This document shows, piece by piece, positions 13,309 to 28,583 of a stretch of DNA of 64,000 bases. This stretch comes from the human T2T-CHM13v2.0 reference genome, Homo sapiens, in assembly GCF_009914755.1 (NCBI RefSeq), contig NC_060942.1; one strand, 5' to 3'. Each line of letters begins with the position of its first letter. The stretch's first letter is position 1. A program made the translations under genes and the position numbers. The notes below the pieces were generated by a model that saw only the letters and a list, made by a program, of their open reading frames with translations, made no database searches and had not been told where the DNA came from.

Positions 13309-16300
13309 TTCTCTTAAATTCTTTAAAAGATATAATATTGTATAAAATACTTATTGCATTGTGTTGTTGGGTTTACAACATTCATAGTTGTAATATACTT
13401 GACAACAGTGCAAAGGAGGGAGAAGGAAATGAAGCTATATTAGAGGAAAGTTTCTATGTTTACTGGTATTCAGTGAGTATATATTATCTGAAGTAGATAG
13501 AAATAAGTTAATATGTATATTGTAATTCCTAAGGCAATCCCTAGGAAAATAGCTCAAAGAATATAGTCAAGAAACAAAAGAATTAAAACAATACACTAAA
13601 AAGGTCCATTTAATACAAAATAAGGCAATAAAGGAGTAATTAAAGAGATAATGAGATATACTTTAAAAAGTGGCAGACATAAATACAACCATATCAGTAA
13701 TTTTAGCAAACGTAAATGGAATAAAAAACTCCAAGGAACAGGCAGAGGCTGTCAGACTGAATGGAAAAATACAGATTCAACTAATCCACTTATATGCTGC
13801 CACAAGAGGCACACCCTAAATTTAAAGACACATTTGTTAGTAAAAGGATAAAAAATATATACCATGCAAATGGTAAGCTATAGTAATATAAAACATAATA
13901 TACTTTACATCAAGAAATATTATTAGAGACAAAGAGGAATATTTCATATGATAAAATGGTCAATTTCTAAGAAAAGCATAATTGTAAATGTATATACACC
14001 TAACAACAGATCCCCAAAATACATAAAGCAAAAATGACAGAATTGAAAGAAATATAAAACTGAAAAATAATAGTTGGAGACTTCAATATTCCACTCTCAA
14101 TAACTGATAGAACAACTAGATTTAAAAAATCATCAGGAACATAGAATACTTGCAAAACACTATCAATCACCTTGACGTGACTGATCTTTCTTGAGTACTT
14201 TACCCAAGGACGACAGAATACTTACTCTTTTCAACATTCTCAAGGAGGGTTCATATGGTAGTCCACAAAACAATCTCAATCAATTTAAAAGAGCTAGAAT
14301 CATGGGAAATATATCCCCAGATAACAGAAGAATTAAACAATAATCTACAATAGAAAAAAATTTAGAAAATTCTCAAATATAAGGAAACTAACAACATACT
14401 TTTAAATAACCTATTGGTCAAGAAGAAATCACAAAGGAAATTAGAAAATACTTCGAACTATATAAAAACAAAAACACAACTTATTAAAATATATGGGATA
14501 CAGCTAAAGCAGTACTTAGAGGGACATATATAGCTTTAAGTGTTTATATTAGAAAAGAAGATCTCAAACTAATAATTTAAGCTTCCATCATAAGTAGCTA
14601 GAAAAAGATAAAACTAAACACAAAACAAGCAGAAGGGCAATATAATGAAGACTAGAGGGGAAATAAATGAAAAAGAAAACAGAAAAACAATAAAATTAAT
14701 GAAACAAAAGTTGGTTCTTTGAAAAGATCATGACAATTAGTAAGGCTTTTGCTAAATTGACTACAAATAATAGAAGACACAAATTACTAAAATCAAGAAT
14801 GAAAGAGGAGACATCACTAACAACCTTATAAGAATTAAGAGGCTCACAAAGAAATAATGTAGATGCCTTTATGCCAACAAATTAGACAACTTAGACAAAA
14901 TAGGAAAATTCCTATAAAGACTCAAATTACTAAGGCTAACTTGAGAAAAAATTACAAAATCTGAAGAGATCAATAACAAGTAAAGAACTCGAATTGGTAA
15001 TTTAAAATTTTCCTACAACGAAAAGTCCATGCCCAAATAGCTTCGCTAATGAAGTCTATCAAATACTTAAAGAAATAATACCAATCATTTCTCTTTTTTT
15101 TTTTTTCCAAAAATAGAGAAGGGAACACTTTCCAACTCATTCTACAAGGTCAGTATTACATGATATCAAAGCAAACAAAGACGTTATAATAAAAGGAAAC
15201 TACAGACCAATATCCATCATAGAGACGCAAAAATCCTTCATAAAATATTAAGAAATGGAATCCAGCAACATATAAAACCAAGTGAAGATTACCCCAGAAA
15301 TGCAAGGTTGATTTAACATATGAAAATCAGTCAGTGTAATATACCATATTAATAGAATAAAAAGCAAAAACCATATTATCATCTCAATAGATGCAGAAAA
15401 AGCATTTGACAAAAGTCAGCATTCTTATTAATAACTCTCAATAGAATAGAAACAGAAGGGAACTTCCTTAAACTGATAAAGGCCATCTACGAAAAATCTA
15501 CACCTAATGTCATACTTAATGGTAAAAACCAAATGCTTTCCTCTTAAGACTGAAACAAGGCAATGATCTGCTCTTGCCACTTCTGTTCAACATTGTAGTG
15601 GAGGTTCTAGTCTGGGTAATTAACTTTTTAAAAATTGAAAAGATGTAAATCTACCTTTTGTTACAGATGATATAATCCTATGTGTAGAAAATCCTAAAAA
15701 ATACACACAAAAATTGTTGGTACTAATAAATGAGTTCAGCAAGGTCATAGGATATAAAATCAAAACACAAAAATCAATTATATTTCCATATACTAGCAAT
15801 GAATAATCCAAAAATTAAATTAAGACAACTCCATTCACAATAGCATCAAAGAGAATAAAATACTAAGGAATAACTTTAACAAAGAAGTATAACACTTGTA
15901 CATTGACAATTACAAAACATTATTATGAGAAGTGAAAGAACAACTAAATAAATAAGTATTTCATGTTCATGGAATGGAAAACTCAACATTATTAAAATGA
16001 TACTTTTTTTCAAAATTGATCTACAGATTCAACATGATCCTAATCAAAATCCCAGTAGACTTTGTTCTTTGTAGAAATTGACAAGGTGATTCTAAAATTT
16101 ATATGGAAATATGAAGGAACGACATAGGCAAACAATATTGTAAAAGAAGAACTAAGAGGACTTACATTCACCAGTTTCAAACTTTTTATAAAGCAACAGT
16201 AGCACTATGGTACTGGTATAAGAACAAGCATATAGATTAAGGGAACAGAATTGATAGTCCAGAAATAAACCTCTACATTTATGGTCAAGTGATTTTTGAT

Positions 16301-19300
16301 AAAGGTATCAAGAAATTTAATGGGGGAAGGGATAATCTTTATAACAAATGGTGCTGGGGCAATCAGTTGTACTGTAAACCCATATGTGAAAGGACGAATT
16401 TAGAGCTTTACTCAATATTATACACAAAAAGTTACTTCAAAATGCATCACAGTTCTAAATATAAGTGCTGAAATGGTAAAACTCTTAGAAGAAAAGATCA
16501 GAGAAACTCCCTAAGGTGTTGACTTAATCAAAGAGTTCTTAGATAAAATACCAAAAGCATGATTTGAAAGGAACAAAATTGTTGAACTGAACTTCATCAA
16601 AATTAAAAACTTCTGGTTTTGGAAAGACACTGCAGTAAAGAGAAGGAAAAGACAAGGCACAGAATATGAGAAAATATTTGCAAACATATCTAATAAAGGA
16701 CTTGTATCCAAACCATTTAAATAACTATGACAACTCAATAAGAAAAAAATCCAATTAAAAAATGGGCAAAACATTTGAATAGGCATTTCACTAAAGAAGA
16801 TACAGAAATGGCTACTAAATGCAAAAAAGATGGTTAACAAAATTGGTCATTAAGCAAATGCAAATCAAAACCACAACAAAACTCTATTACACACACATTA
16901 TAATGGCTATAATAAATAAGACAGAAAACAATAAATGTTGACAAGGATGTGGATAAACTAGAATCCCCATACATTTTTGTGGGAAGGTAAAACAGTACAA
17001 CCACTTTGGAAAACCACTGGGTAGTTTCTTATAGAGTTAAATGTAAACTTAGCATACAACCCAGCTGGTATTTCAGAAAGTGCACGAGAAAGTTTATTTC
17101 AAACATTATTGAACAATCTCCTTGTTCAATCGTTCACAATGTATATACATATAACACGTTATAATACCACTGAAATCCTCACGGGTTTATTTCTTAACAT
17201 TCTGTAGCAATTTCATTTATTTGACAAAAAAAATTATTGAGTATCTACTGTGTGCAAAATACTGTGTTTGGCACTGGGGTAGGAGTAGGATACAAGGATA
17301 AATGTAAAACCCTTGTCTTCTGAGAGCTTTACGGTCTAGTAAGGGAGCAAATATATTATGTCAATCAAGGAAGAAAGGATGGAAGAACACAAAGAAGGAA
17401 GGCCAGTAACCACAAAGGCCAGTGCAAACAAAATGTGAATTCACACACTCGAGAGTGAGCTTCTGTCTGGGGTTATCAGGGAATCCTTCGTGGAAGAGCT
17501 GGACATTCAAAGATGGGTAGGACATCCCAGGATGAAAAGCTCTGTTTTTAATGCTGACTTATCTATGTGTTTTCATTAGGCTTTACTGAAAGGCCACAAA
17601 AGAGCTGAATTCATTTTTTCTATTCTAAAAATGTTCCTTTAAAAACTTCATCTTTACATATATTTACAGCTCCGTACTGTTCACATATATGCGAAATGCT
17701 CAGCCGTTTACTGGAAGAGAGAAAGAGGCCATGTTTTTAAACTGTGGGTCAGCTTTTTCTGGGCCTCTTCTGGGCTGTCTTTGCTCCAGTTAGCTGCTCC
17801 TCCGCAGGGCTTCAGCATCTGAATTACATCTCTCATCTTTAGGACCCTGTGCAGAGTCGCTGGGAATTTGCATTCTCTTTTCTACTCTCCAATTTTCTGT
17901 TCGCCACAATTTCCTCTTCGCAAAACCTGAAAAATGATACTTTTCTTTGGACTTTTGTGAAAACGTTGTTTTGGATCTACTTTTGATTGAGAACAGCTTG
18001 GTTTTGTGCTCCTCCTTTGATACAGGCAATCCCGGTGGCCTAACACCTACTGATTCTTGATTCTCCCATTTCCCAATCTTGACACACATGGAGGTTTCAG
18101 GAGAACATCAAAGTTCGCGGACAAGTAGAAAGCTGAAGAGTCCTCTTTTTGCTAATACACTTTTCAGAAAAAGTTTCTTATGGTACAAACATGAATTTAG
18201 TTAGATCGACATGATCCTTGAAATTTACTGACAGGTAGCGTCATAATAAATATTATGATGTCAAAATAAATAGCCTTCCCTTGGATTTTAATTTTTTTTG
18301 CATTATTTATCTTACACTAATCTCTTCTCTTCATTTTACTCTTAGCCATATCTCACTTTCAGTTTTTTTTAAAAAAAACTATTTAAATAGGAATATAACC
18401 GCAATTTTTTCATTTAATTTATTGCTTTATTTTTTCCATGATTTAAATTTCCATTGATATGTAACATTTTCCTTGCTTTTTCAGTAACTTTACACAGTTA
18501 GTGTATAGCCATGATATAAAAACAAATGCCCTAGGAATGTAGAATATTCATGTGTTCTAGAAAAGGTGGATGTGTAAAACTCTGAGAGAATTAAATCTCT
18601 TATGGTTCTTGTCTATATACATCCTTCAGTTGTTATTCACTTCTGACTATTCCATAAGTGAATTTAATCGGACTACATTATAGTTTTTAAGCAAGAGTAA
18701 AAGAGTTTAACCCCATATTTCCTAGACATTATAGTATAAAGACACTTGACAATAGTATCAGGAGATGCCTTACTAAGTCTAAGGTTGTTTCTTTGTGAAC
18801 TGAGGTGTCCAGGGTTTGTCAAAGCAGGTCTTATTAACTTATTTATAAAGCAGCCCAGACACCAATATCCACTCTACTTTGGGATGGTCACTGGGATTGA
18901 CTAGACATTGCACGAAAGTTACCTTACTCTTGCTTTCTTGTTTCATCTAAAAGATGGCTGTGGGAAACCTCAAGCCTGTTGCAAAGGCACCCTTGGGCTT
19001 CCAGAGTCCAGAGGTCTCTCTGTGGAAGCTCAGTTACACCCCACTACCTGGCCAGTGCCGACACTATGGAGGCCAAGGGCCTGCAGGGACAGAGCAAATG
19101 TTTCACCTCTGAGCCCAGGGAGGTAGCAGCTTTGCCCTTCCTCCGCCTCTGGCTGACTCATTCTACTCTGCTCTACTCTAGGAAAAGGACATGCCTTCTC
19201 ACAGCATGATTCACCTGCCTAGGGAAGACTATGCCATTCTGGGTATATCTGGTGCCATCTCAACTTGATTTAGGCTGCATGAGAGCCTGGTAAAAGAGTC

Positions 19301-19592
19301 AAGCACAGCAGGCAAAGAAGGAACCACATCTTTCTGGGCCTCAGTCTACACATCTATGAAAGGAGGGGCTTAAATTATATGAACTTTTGGTCCTTTCTTG
19401 CTTTAACATTCCACAGTTCTATGGATCTATAAATTGCCAATTATGTGAACCTGTTGTTACCAGGAGTGAGAATCCTAGCTCTCTCTCCCTGTGTTTACAG
19501 CTGAGGAAGTTGGAGCAGGAGGCTGATACATAGAAAGGACCATTCTCCTTGGATTTAGGGTTGGTCTTTGGGATTCAGAACATAATGCAACA

Positions 19593-19898
19593 GGCCAGGC
19601 ACGGTGGCACACACCTGTAATCCCAGCACTTTGGGATGCCAAGGTGGGTGGATTGTCCGAGCTAGCTCGGGAGTTTGAGACCAGCCTGAGCAACATGGTG
19701 AAACCCCGTCTCTACAAAAAACACAAAAATTAACTAGGCATAGTGGCACGCGCCTATAGTTCCAGCTACTTGCGGGCTGAGAGGACTGAGCCAAGAGGAT
19801 CTGCCTGAGCCCAGGAGGTGGAGGTTGCAGTGAGCTGAGATCGCACCACTGCACTCCAGCCTGGGCAACAGGGCAAGATCCCATCTATTAAAAAAAAA
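19593..19898 (+). mobile_element. Alu (AluJ-type)
   Basis: TSD cataatgcaaca. Confidence 0.93.
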
Positions 19899-20176
19899 CC
19901 ATAATGCAACAGCCTTTTAAACAAAGTAACTCTCTGGCTTTTCTGCTTTCATAGATATTTCCCTCTGAACTTCTACCGTTCAGGAAATAATGTGGCTCAT
20001 CATTTTGTTGGTATTTAAATACTGGAAGACAAACCTTAGAATATTGTATTGATTTTTGTTACCCATGAACTATGATGCTTTTTTCTTATATATAATAATT
20101 AAAATTTTATTTAGAGAAGAAGCAATAAAATCGTTTCTAAAGGAAAAAAAGTAAAACCTTGATATATCAGCAACAA

Positions 20177-20294
20177 TAGAGACAAGGTTTCACTATTTTG
20201 CCCAGGCTGGTCTGAAACTCCTGGGCTCCAGCAATCCTCCTGCCTTGGCCTCCTCAAGTGTTGGGATTACAGGCATGAGCCACTGTGCCCAGAC
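20177..20294 (-). mobile_element. Alu left-monomer fragment (FLAM-like)
   Basis: Reverse left arm only; flanked by tatcagca(a/g)c. Confidence 0.85.
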
Positions 20295-21630
20295 TATCAG
20301 CAGCTTCCTAAGCAAATTTCATTTCCGGTAACAGTCAATTGGCTCAATATTTTTTATTATTCAGATTCAGTCACTTCAGTCTCCAGATGGATTTGAGTCT
20401 CCATACAACTATGGTTATTTCAAGGTGCTTTTCCTATTAAATACCAGAAAAACACTAACAAAAGAATAAGGCATTTCTTTGACACGATGTAGAGGGAATC
20501 TGGGAAAATGGGGAACAAGTGAATGGTTTTACTATCATCATACCACCTAAAGAGAGTCTCAGAAGATTCATTGTATGCGCAAAATCTCCATAGACCATTT
20601 CACAGCCTCAAAACTCCCTGGCTAAGGGTGCTGAGGAACTCTGGGAGAAATCTGACGGAATTCAGAACTCAGCCATGACCAGTAGATCCTCACATCTGGC
20701 CACTGCTCGCACATCCGCTCTTACTGCACATCTGGCCCTGGCTGGACTACAGCACTAGCCTCCTAACAAGGGAACTTGCTTCTGCAACAGTCACAGTGAT
20801 GCTGTTACCACTGAGTCAGAGCATGTCGCTATTCTGCTCAAAACTGTCATGGATTCCTTCTTTAACTCAGAATATCAACTCCCTTCAATGGCCCACAGGC
20901 CCTCCATGATCAGTCCTGCCCAACCCATCACCTTTCTGACATCCTCTCCACCTGCACTATCCATCACTCCCCCATTCCCTTGCATGGGCCTCGATGCTGT
21001 TCTGTGCTGGAAGGCCTGGCAGTGGCTGTCCCTGATGCCTGGTGCACCTTTACCCAGATAACCTCATGGCTACCTCTCTGAGCTACTTCACTTCTTTGCT
21101 CAGATATCACCTTCTCAACAAGGCCTGACTGCCCTCTTGAAAATTCTAACCTGCACTCTTGGCCCATGTCCCTGATCTCTCTTACCCTGCTCTGTTTCTT
21201 ATTGTTTCTATAACATGTATTACCTTCTGGTATAAAATATAATTCTACTTAATATAATAGATTCAATACAATGTGCTTGGTAATTTATCCCAAGCACCTA
21301 GAGCAGTGCTTAGCGCTCAGTAAATATTTATTGAATGAATGACTCATAATGCCTAAACCTCACTGGGTGTTCCCCCTGTGCCAGCCACCACACTCAACAT
21401 CTTACATGATTATCTCTTTTCGACCTCACAACATGAGGGACAGTCATTTTCCTCATTTTACAGAAATAGATATGTAGAAAATGACATGAATCTACAGCTC
21501 ATAGCTGAGGTTAGGACACAAAAGTGTCCACAAGGCAGATTTCTTTGGTAACACATTTTGAAAGGATATTGGGGTAGGAGATGGAACAAGCTTTCAAGTT
21601 CTCTGCACTCTCTGCTGTGTTTGGTCGTCT

Positions 21631-21640
21631 CTATTTTTAG
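21631..21640. promoter_or_regulatory. Consensus MEF2 site (CTATTTTTAG), MYOM1 intron 2
   Basis: Reverse complement of CTAAAAATAG. Confidence 0.4.
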
Positions 21641-22711
21641 CATTGGTATCTTTTGTCTGAATTATAACAGCTTTGAATGTTAGTGTGGTCTTCACCAACT
21701 CTAGTAGTTTCAAGAGGTTATAATCTGGGTGACACGTGGGAGTGGGGGTGGTTGATCAATGTGACATAGGGGTAGGTGAGGGGCATGGTTTAAAGTTAGG
21801 GTGCCCAGGGAAAGTCACTCAAGCCTCAGTGTTTTCATCCCCAAACTGCTCTCTTAGAGTCCTTTGCAAATATCTATGTCTGATTCTAAATAGTGGGTTA
21901 AAGTGTCTGTAAGGTCCCAGGCTTGGCATTCATGGACACTCCTTGGGTTTTCTTTGTTAGAATTTGTGTCCTTCCATCTGCTGTTCCCTGCTGTAAATCT
22001 TGGTTATTTTGGTATTCAATAGCTTCTCTAGAAGAAGGCTAAATCAAAGGAAGCACAATGCAAAAACTACATATTGATGCTTCAAGGAAAACCCGGTGGT
22101 GTATGATCAAGGGGAGTTGCTGACTGTAACTGGCATTGGGTGCCCGTGGAAAGGGTGGGGACCTGGGTATGACGAGGGTTCAAATAACTACTCTGCTACT
22201 TTCTAGTGTAATGAAGAAAAGTCATTTAATCTCCTTGGTTTCCAATTTTCTCATTTATAAAATGAAGATAAAAATTTCTACTGCTCAGGGTTGTTGTAAA
22301 GACTCAGTGGTATAGAGAATGCAATGCTGAATTACGTCATATAGGCTGAATTTTAATCTGTTTAGAATAAGACAACTAAATGTCTACTGTCACCATGGAA
22401 GGTTGAGGAACAACTCTAAATCATCCCACAACCTAAGAAACCTGCTGTGCTGTTCTCTGGTTTTTGTAAGCTATTCATTCTTGTAAGTTATTCACTCTAC
22501 TTAGAAGAATAAGAAAACATTCTTTTTAAATTATTTTCATCCTAATGTATGATCCAGCTTACTTGCAAGAATGGAAGGTCCCTGCTTTCCATAATACCAC
22601 CTTTTCTGTAAACATCTGCCTTATTTCATCCCAAGTCCTTATAACATTGGCATTAGGAAAGAGGTCCTCAGGTCATACACTAGACTCTCTGTTATTCATT
22701 TTTAGACTTTC

Positions 22712-22882
22712 TAGAGCAATGGTTCTGACCTTTGTTGAGTCACGGAGCTCCTTGAAAATCCGATGAAAACTACAGTCCCTCTCTCCAGAAAAATTCTCAT
22801 CTGTGCATAATTTTGCATATAATTTCAGATCATCCAAGACTCTACTGAAACCATTCATGGACAGAGGTTAAGAACCCTTGCC
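22712..22882. mobile_element. hAT-Charlie MITE (MER103-like)
   Basis: Imperfect terminal inverted repeats (gcaatggttct...aagaacccttgc), about 170 bp. Confidence 0.55.
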
Positions 22883-23228
22883 TAATGGTTGCAACATGGT
22901 CATAAGTAATACTGCTCCTTTAATCCTGATGATATTTTGTTATTATTAGCATGAAACAGTAATCTGTCATTTTAAGAGTTTGTTTTCCTAAATTATTTTC
23001 TTTATTTTTCCCACTGTGACCAAGAACAAAGGCATTTAGAGTAAGCCATCCAGAATTTACTTTATAGCTCGTGGCTCAGAACACAATTGGTAACTGATCT
23101 GTACTGCAAGCGCACTGACAGTAAACTAGTCATTGTTCCTAAGACTCACTAAGGTCAGCCAAGCCCTGAGCACATGTAACTCTCCATAGTTTCCACTTTA
23201 ACCCTGGACATCTAACTACAAAGCAGAG

Positions 23229-23238
23229 CTAAAAATAG
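23229..23238. promoter_or_regulatory. Consensus MEF2 site (gCTAAAAATAGa), candidate intronic muscle enhancer
   Basis: Exact high-affinity MEF2 motif in apparently unique sequence. Confidence 0.5.
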
Positions 23239-25019
23239 ACCAAGCCGAGCACTTACACTCCACAGAGATGCATTTCCAACCCCAGGGGTTTTAATCAACA
23301 ACACTGTTCACAATCCAAAGAGAATGCTTTCATTTAGCAGGAAAAAGTTGCTTCATTTTGAGCAAGCTAAAATACAACCTAAAGGAATTATGAAGACTTT
23401 GAAGTGTTCAAAAAATATTATCTGCACCTGTGTTCTAGGTCTAAAAAAAGAAAGACTAAAATACCTTCAGGATTGAGTTGGCTTTCTTTGCCTTTCACAT
23501 TGAATTATTCAAAGGAAAACATATTGGCATTTTCCCTCCTCTTGTTTCTAGGTCAGCATGCTTCTACCAAAAAGTTTAAGTTGTTCAAACATAACAAGCC
23601 ATAATAAATACCTACCTACAAAAATATATACATAGTAGGAAGGAAAAAGTAATGAGTTTGAACACAGAAAAATAATTACAGTTCCATTCCCTAGAGAAAG
23701 TTTATTATCTAAGGCTCTTTATGGCCAAAATGGATAAGTCTTCCGAGGATTATATAGAGCAAATGTTTTCACAATAAAATTTGCTCAAAGGTTTAATTAT
23801 TAATGATATATCAGACTATGAATAAATATAAAGATTGCATATGTGGCTAAAAGAAGGATTTGTATAAAATTAAGATAATTTTAATATAAAATTTTGCAAT
23901 AGAGTTGAGAAAATAAAGATCCTTTAAAAATACAAATTCATAAAACTCTAGATTCTACAGCACTGGGGAAATGAAATAAGTACACAAGGAGTTACATTGA
24001 CAACTGCCTTATAATGAAAATGCCCATCTTCTATAAACCTAGCACAAACAGTCCAGGAAAATGGATATTTAAAATGTAATCTTTCTCTATTACATGTGCT
24101 TTCCTAAATGAGGTTCTTAAGCATATCTGCAGAACGTTTTTCAGGGAAACAAATTGAGGCTGTCATATACATATGGTATTAATTCCTCCCAGCTTTTATT
24201 TGGAAGCAGTTCGTCTGAGGCAAGTGCTAAAAGAAATGAATTCACCTCAGTGACAGTATTTCCCTATCTGCAGCCAATGTGTGATCCTTATGAATATCCC
24301 ACGGCAGAATATGACCTATGAAATTGAGACTGCGAAGTGATCCTGTTCCATTTTAATGGAATTTCAGAGTGTTGCCATCATACACTCCAGGTAAACCCCA
24401 GCAGAGTCTGGCTCTGTTACTCAACCCAGCAGAAGCTCCCAGGAGGCCACCATCACTGATAAAATGATAGCTGTAGATCAGGTGCTGCTCAAACCCAACA
24501 GGGATTTCGGAATTTCTGCCTTTGGAAGCATGCCTCACTTCTAGTTAAACCGACCACTCTATTATTTTCTCAATAACTTTTTAGATTCCCAGAGAAAACA
24601 GCTTTTCTAGTTGCCCTACCAGATATTTTGTGGGCTTAAATTTTGTAAGACTGAAAAGTATGTTATGTTTATAGCAAAAAATGCAACCTATGCCAGGTAC
24701 TTTGGAGAAGAGGAAAAGAGGCAGCAGGTGGTTATCGACCACATAGCCCAGAAATGTCTATGTTTTGAAGATCAGCAGTTTTTTTCTGTGGACTCTAGAT
24801 AGATTTTAAATAAAAGTCACGTGTATCTTGCAAGTGTTTTTTAATCTCCATGAAATATTTCATTCTGAATATGAAGAAAATAAAACTTGCCTTGGACTGA
24901 GAAAGTAAATATCTGCCCAACATTCATCAGGCTGAAACAGCAGACACAGATAAGCCAACTGCAAAGTGAACAGGAAATGACATTTCTCCCAGGGACGTTG
25001 CTGTTGTAAAGTGTCATGG

Positions 25020-25440
25020 TAACGTCCTTCTTTGAGTGACTATAGATTCACTGAGAAACTTTCTTCTCTAATATCAAAGACAATCAGTGAGCTTGCTGTT
25101 TAAAATTATATCAGTAAGAATAAAACATCTCACTCTTGCCTGCAGGATCTTAGTTGCTTAATTGAAGCAGAGAAGCAACCTCAATTCCCACTTCTGGTGA
25201 GAAGTCCCAGATAAGGGGCTTGGGGATGCAACAGTCCACATTTATCTTAACTTTATTGTTTCCAAAGAAATAGCACCCTGGGTTCACTTTGCAGACCAGA
25301 CCTGCGTCTAAGCTCCACTCTTCCTAGAAACCTAAAATAACCTTTTTTCCTCTAGTGTTTAGTCTCCTTCATTGCATTGGGTCAATAAACCTAATTTTGT
25401 CGGAATACAGGTTGGTTCCTATTATTCTTAGACTGACTGA
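25020..25440 (+). mobile_element. Probable old ERV LTR fragment
   Basis: LTR-like end with aataaacctaattttgt...; family not determined. Confidence 0.4.
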
Positions 25441-25906
25441 GATAGGGCCATGTTTTTATCAAATGGTCGAGCTAAAGAAATTATCTGCTGCATAAATAGT
25501 AGTTCCGAATTTTAAGTATTTGCTATTAGATATTGAAAAAATATTTAATAGAATATATCTTCGCAGTAGTTCAGTCTCCTGTGCCCTGTGAATTTTAAAT
25601 TGTATATATCAGCTTCTCATCTAGGCAGAAACATTCTGAGCGCAAGGAAACCCGCTGTGAATACTGAAATGATCTTTTCTCGCCCTGCTGCTGCTAAAGT
25701 AACCTGTGGCAAAATTTCCCTGCTCTTAGAAATAGCAAAGTGGCAACACAAGCAAGACTCGCCCGTGAGAACACCAAGCTCTTAGTGAAGCTAAAAGAGA
25801 CAATAAAGGGAAATAGGTAGGCACGGGTCCCGGGTCTCCCAAACAAGGTCTGTCTGCACACTTGGTTGAAATGCAGGGCTGCCGTATTTAAGAAGTAACT
25901 GGGAGA

Positions 25907-26238
<332 letters not shown>

Positions 26239-26298
26239 TTACTCAGAGCACACGCCTCTTCCTGAGGTTGGAAGGTTGGAGGAGGGCGTCCGACATAC

Positions 26299-26588
26299 CC
26301 ATGGGAGGAGCCATAATCGTAGGCTGAGGCTGCCTTCCGACTGACTTCAGAGCTCAGGGCGTGCTGCGAGGCCTGCTGCTGGGAGGAGGAGGCGGACGCC
26401 CGACGGAAGGCCTCGGACTCCCGGCGGTGCGCGGCGGAGGAGCGGCTGCTGTAGGCCGTGGAGCCCTGGGTGTAGACGGCGGAGCGTTTCTTCTCCCGCT
26501 GGTAGTGACTCACGGTGCTGCGCACGTCCTTGTTGCGGTAGCTGAGATCATAGTGCTGGTGGCACCTCTGATAAAAAGGCAAAGACAT
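26299..26588 (-). CDS. MYOM1: Myomesin-1 first coding exon (exon 2), CDS part 290 nt: MSLPFYQRCHQHYDLSYRNK...AYDYGSSHG
   Basis: Recognisable myomesin-1 N-terminus; ATG in AGGATGT context; donor GG|gtatgt at 26299/26298. Confidence 0.97.
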
Positions 26589-26616
26589 CCTGTGCCCCTT
26601 GAAGGAACCGGGCCAC
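26589..26616 (-). other. MYOM1: 5' UTR portion (28 nt) of MYOM1 exon 2
   Basis: Acceptor gttttccttcag|G at 26617/26616. Confidence 0.9.
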
Positions 26617-26708
26617 CTGAAGGAAAACAACACTTTTTGAGTGACTTATTAAGGAACAAATTCCATAGACCAAGTCATCTAAATCAATGTGTAAAAATCA
26701 ATACTCTT

Positions 26709-26985
26709 GGCTGGGTGCGGTGGTTCATGCTTGAAATCCCAACGAGGATCTCTCGAGGCCGGGAGCTCAAAATCAACCTGGCCAACACAGTGAGACCCTA
26801 TCTCTACAAAAAGAAAAAATTAGCCGGGTGTGGTGTGTGTGTCTGTAGTCCCAGCTACTCCGGAGGCTGAGGCAGGAGGATTGCTTGAGCCCAAGACTTC
26901 GAGGCTGCAGGGAGCTATGATTGACCATTGCACTCAGCTTGGGTGACAGAGCAAGACACTGTCTAAAAACAAAATAAAATAAAAA
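26709..26985 (+). mobile_element. Alu (AluJ-type, internal deletion in left arm)
   Basis: Diverged Alu; TSD aata(c/t)tctt. Confidence 0.9.
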
Positions 26986-27298
26986 TTAATATTCTTATCT
27001 TTTCCGAAGAGTAAACCAAAAAGGGTATGAAGTTTAACATAACTGGATATTCAAAAAACTCTCCACTTCATAGCCCAGATATGCCCCTCCTGTCATTGTA
27101 CCTTTTTTTAAAAAAAATTGTATCTAGGAGGTTTTCCTAGAAAAACAAAGTTTTTCTACCCTGGCTATTGTGCTCTTTCCTCAGACTCTTCATAATACAT
27201 ATTTCTAATTTTCTGCCATTTCATTCTTCATTTGGGACTTCATTTGGGAGAATGTGGAAGGATAGAGAGTCATGTGGTGTTCATTCAACAAATAATTA

Positions 27299-27694
<396 letters not shown>

Positions 27695-28193
27695 TTACCT
27701 TGTACAGAACTGTACAGTCTACTGCAGGAGAAAGACAATAGAGAAAACAAGTAAGTCAAGTATGAGATAGGTTAATGTGCCAAGAACCAGAGAAAAACAA
27801 AGCAGGTAAGAGGGATGGATGCAATTTTCAACAGCCTCAGCAGGGATGGCTTCTCTAGACAGTAACATCTGAGCATGAGACTTTCTGGGGAAGAGTATTC
27901 CAGAAGGAAGACCAGAGCAAAGGCACTGAGGAATGAACATGACTATTGTGCTCCAGGAACCACTGATTGGCAGGGGTTCTGGGATGGGAGAGGTATAGGA
28001 GATGATGTCAAAGAGGTGAGCTATGTGCCTGGTGGAAGGGCCAGTAGTGTAGGGTCCTGTAGGTAGCAGTAAGGACTTCAGCTAATACTGTGAAAGGGCT
28101 GAGAGGCCATTGGAAGACTCTGAGCTGAGACTCATTCTCGCCGATGTCTGAAGATGGACTGTGGAGGGATGAGAGTGAAAGCCAGAAGACCTA

Positions 28194-28583
28194 TGAAAGG
28201 GCTGAGTTGTATCCTCTCAAAATTCCTGTGTTGAAGCCCTAACCTCCAGTACCTCAACATGTGACCATATTTGGAGATAGGGTCCTTAAAGAGGAAGTTG
28301 AGTTAAAATTAGGCCATTAGGATGGGCCGTAATTCTATATGATGGTGTCTCTATAGGAAAAGAAAACCAAGATCCAAATATGTATATAACAGAGGGAAGG
28401 CCACGTGGAGACACAGGGAGAAGACAGCCATCCATGAGCCGAGAAGAGACCTGAGAAGAAACCACCCAGCTGACACCTTGATCTTGGACTTCCAGCCTCC
28501 AGAGTTGTAAGGTAATAAGTTTCTGTTGTTTAAGCCACCCAGTCCATGGCGCTTAGCTATGATAGCCCGGGCAAAAGAATACA
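28194..28583 (+). mobile_element. MLT1 (MaLR) solo LTR
   Basis: Typical motifs gttgaagccctaacc, ccttgatcttggacttccagcctccag, aataagtttctgttgtttaagccaccc. Confidence 0.85.

Noticed and set aside
13650-17060. Functional L1 ORF2 / reverse transcriptase
   Set aside because: Numerous stops and frameshifts; only short ORFs remain.
26361-26870. 169-aa antisense ORF over MYOM1 exon 2
   Set aside because: Starts at a GTG, mirrors GC-rich coding sequence and runs into an Alu.
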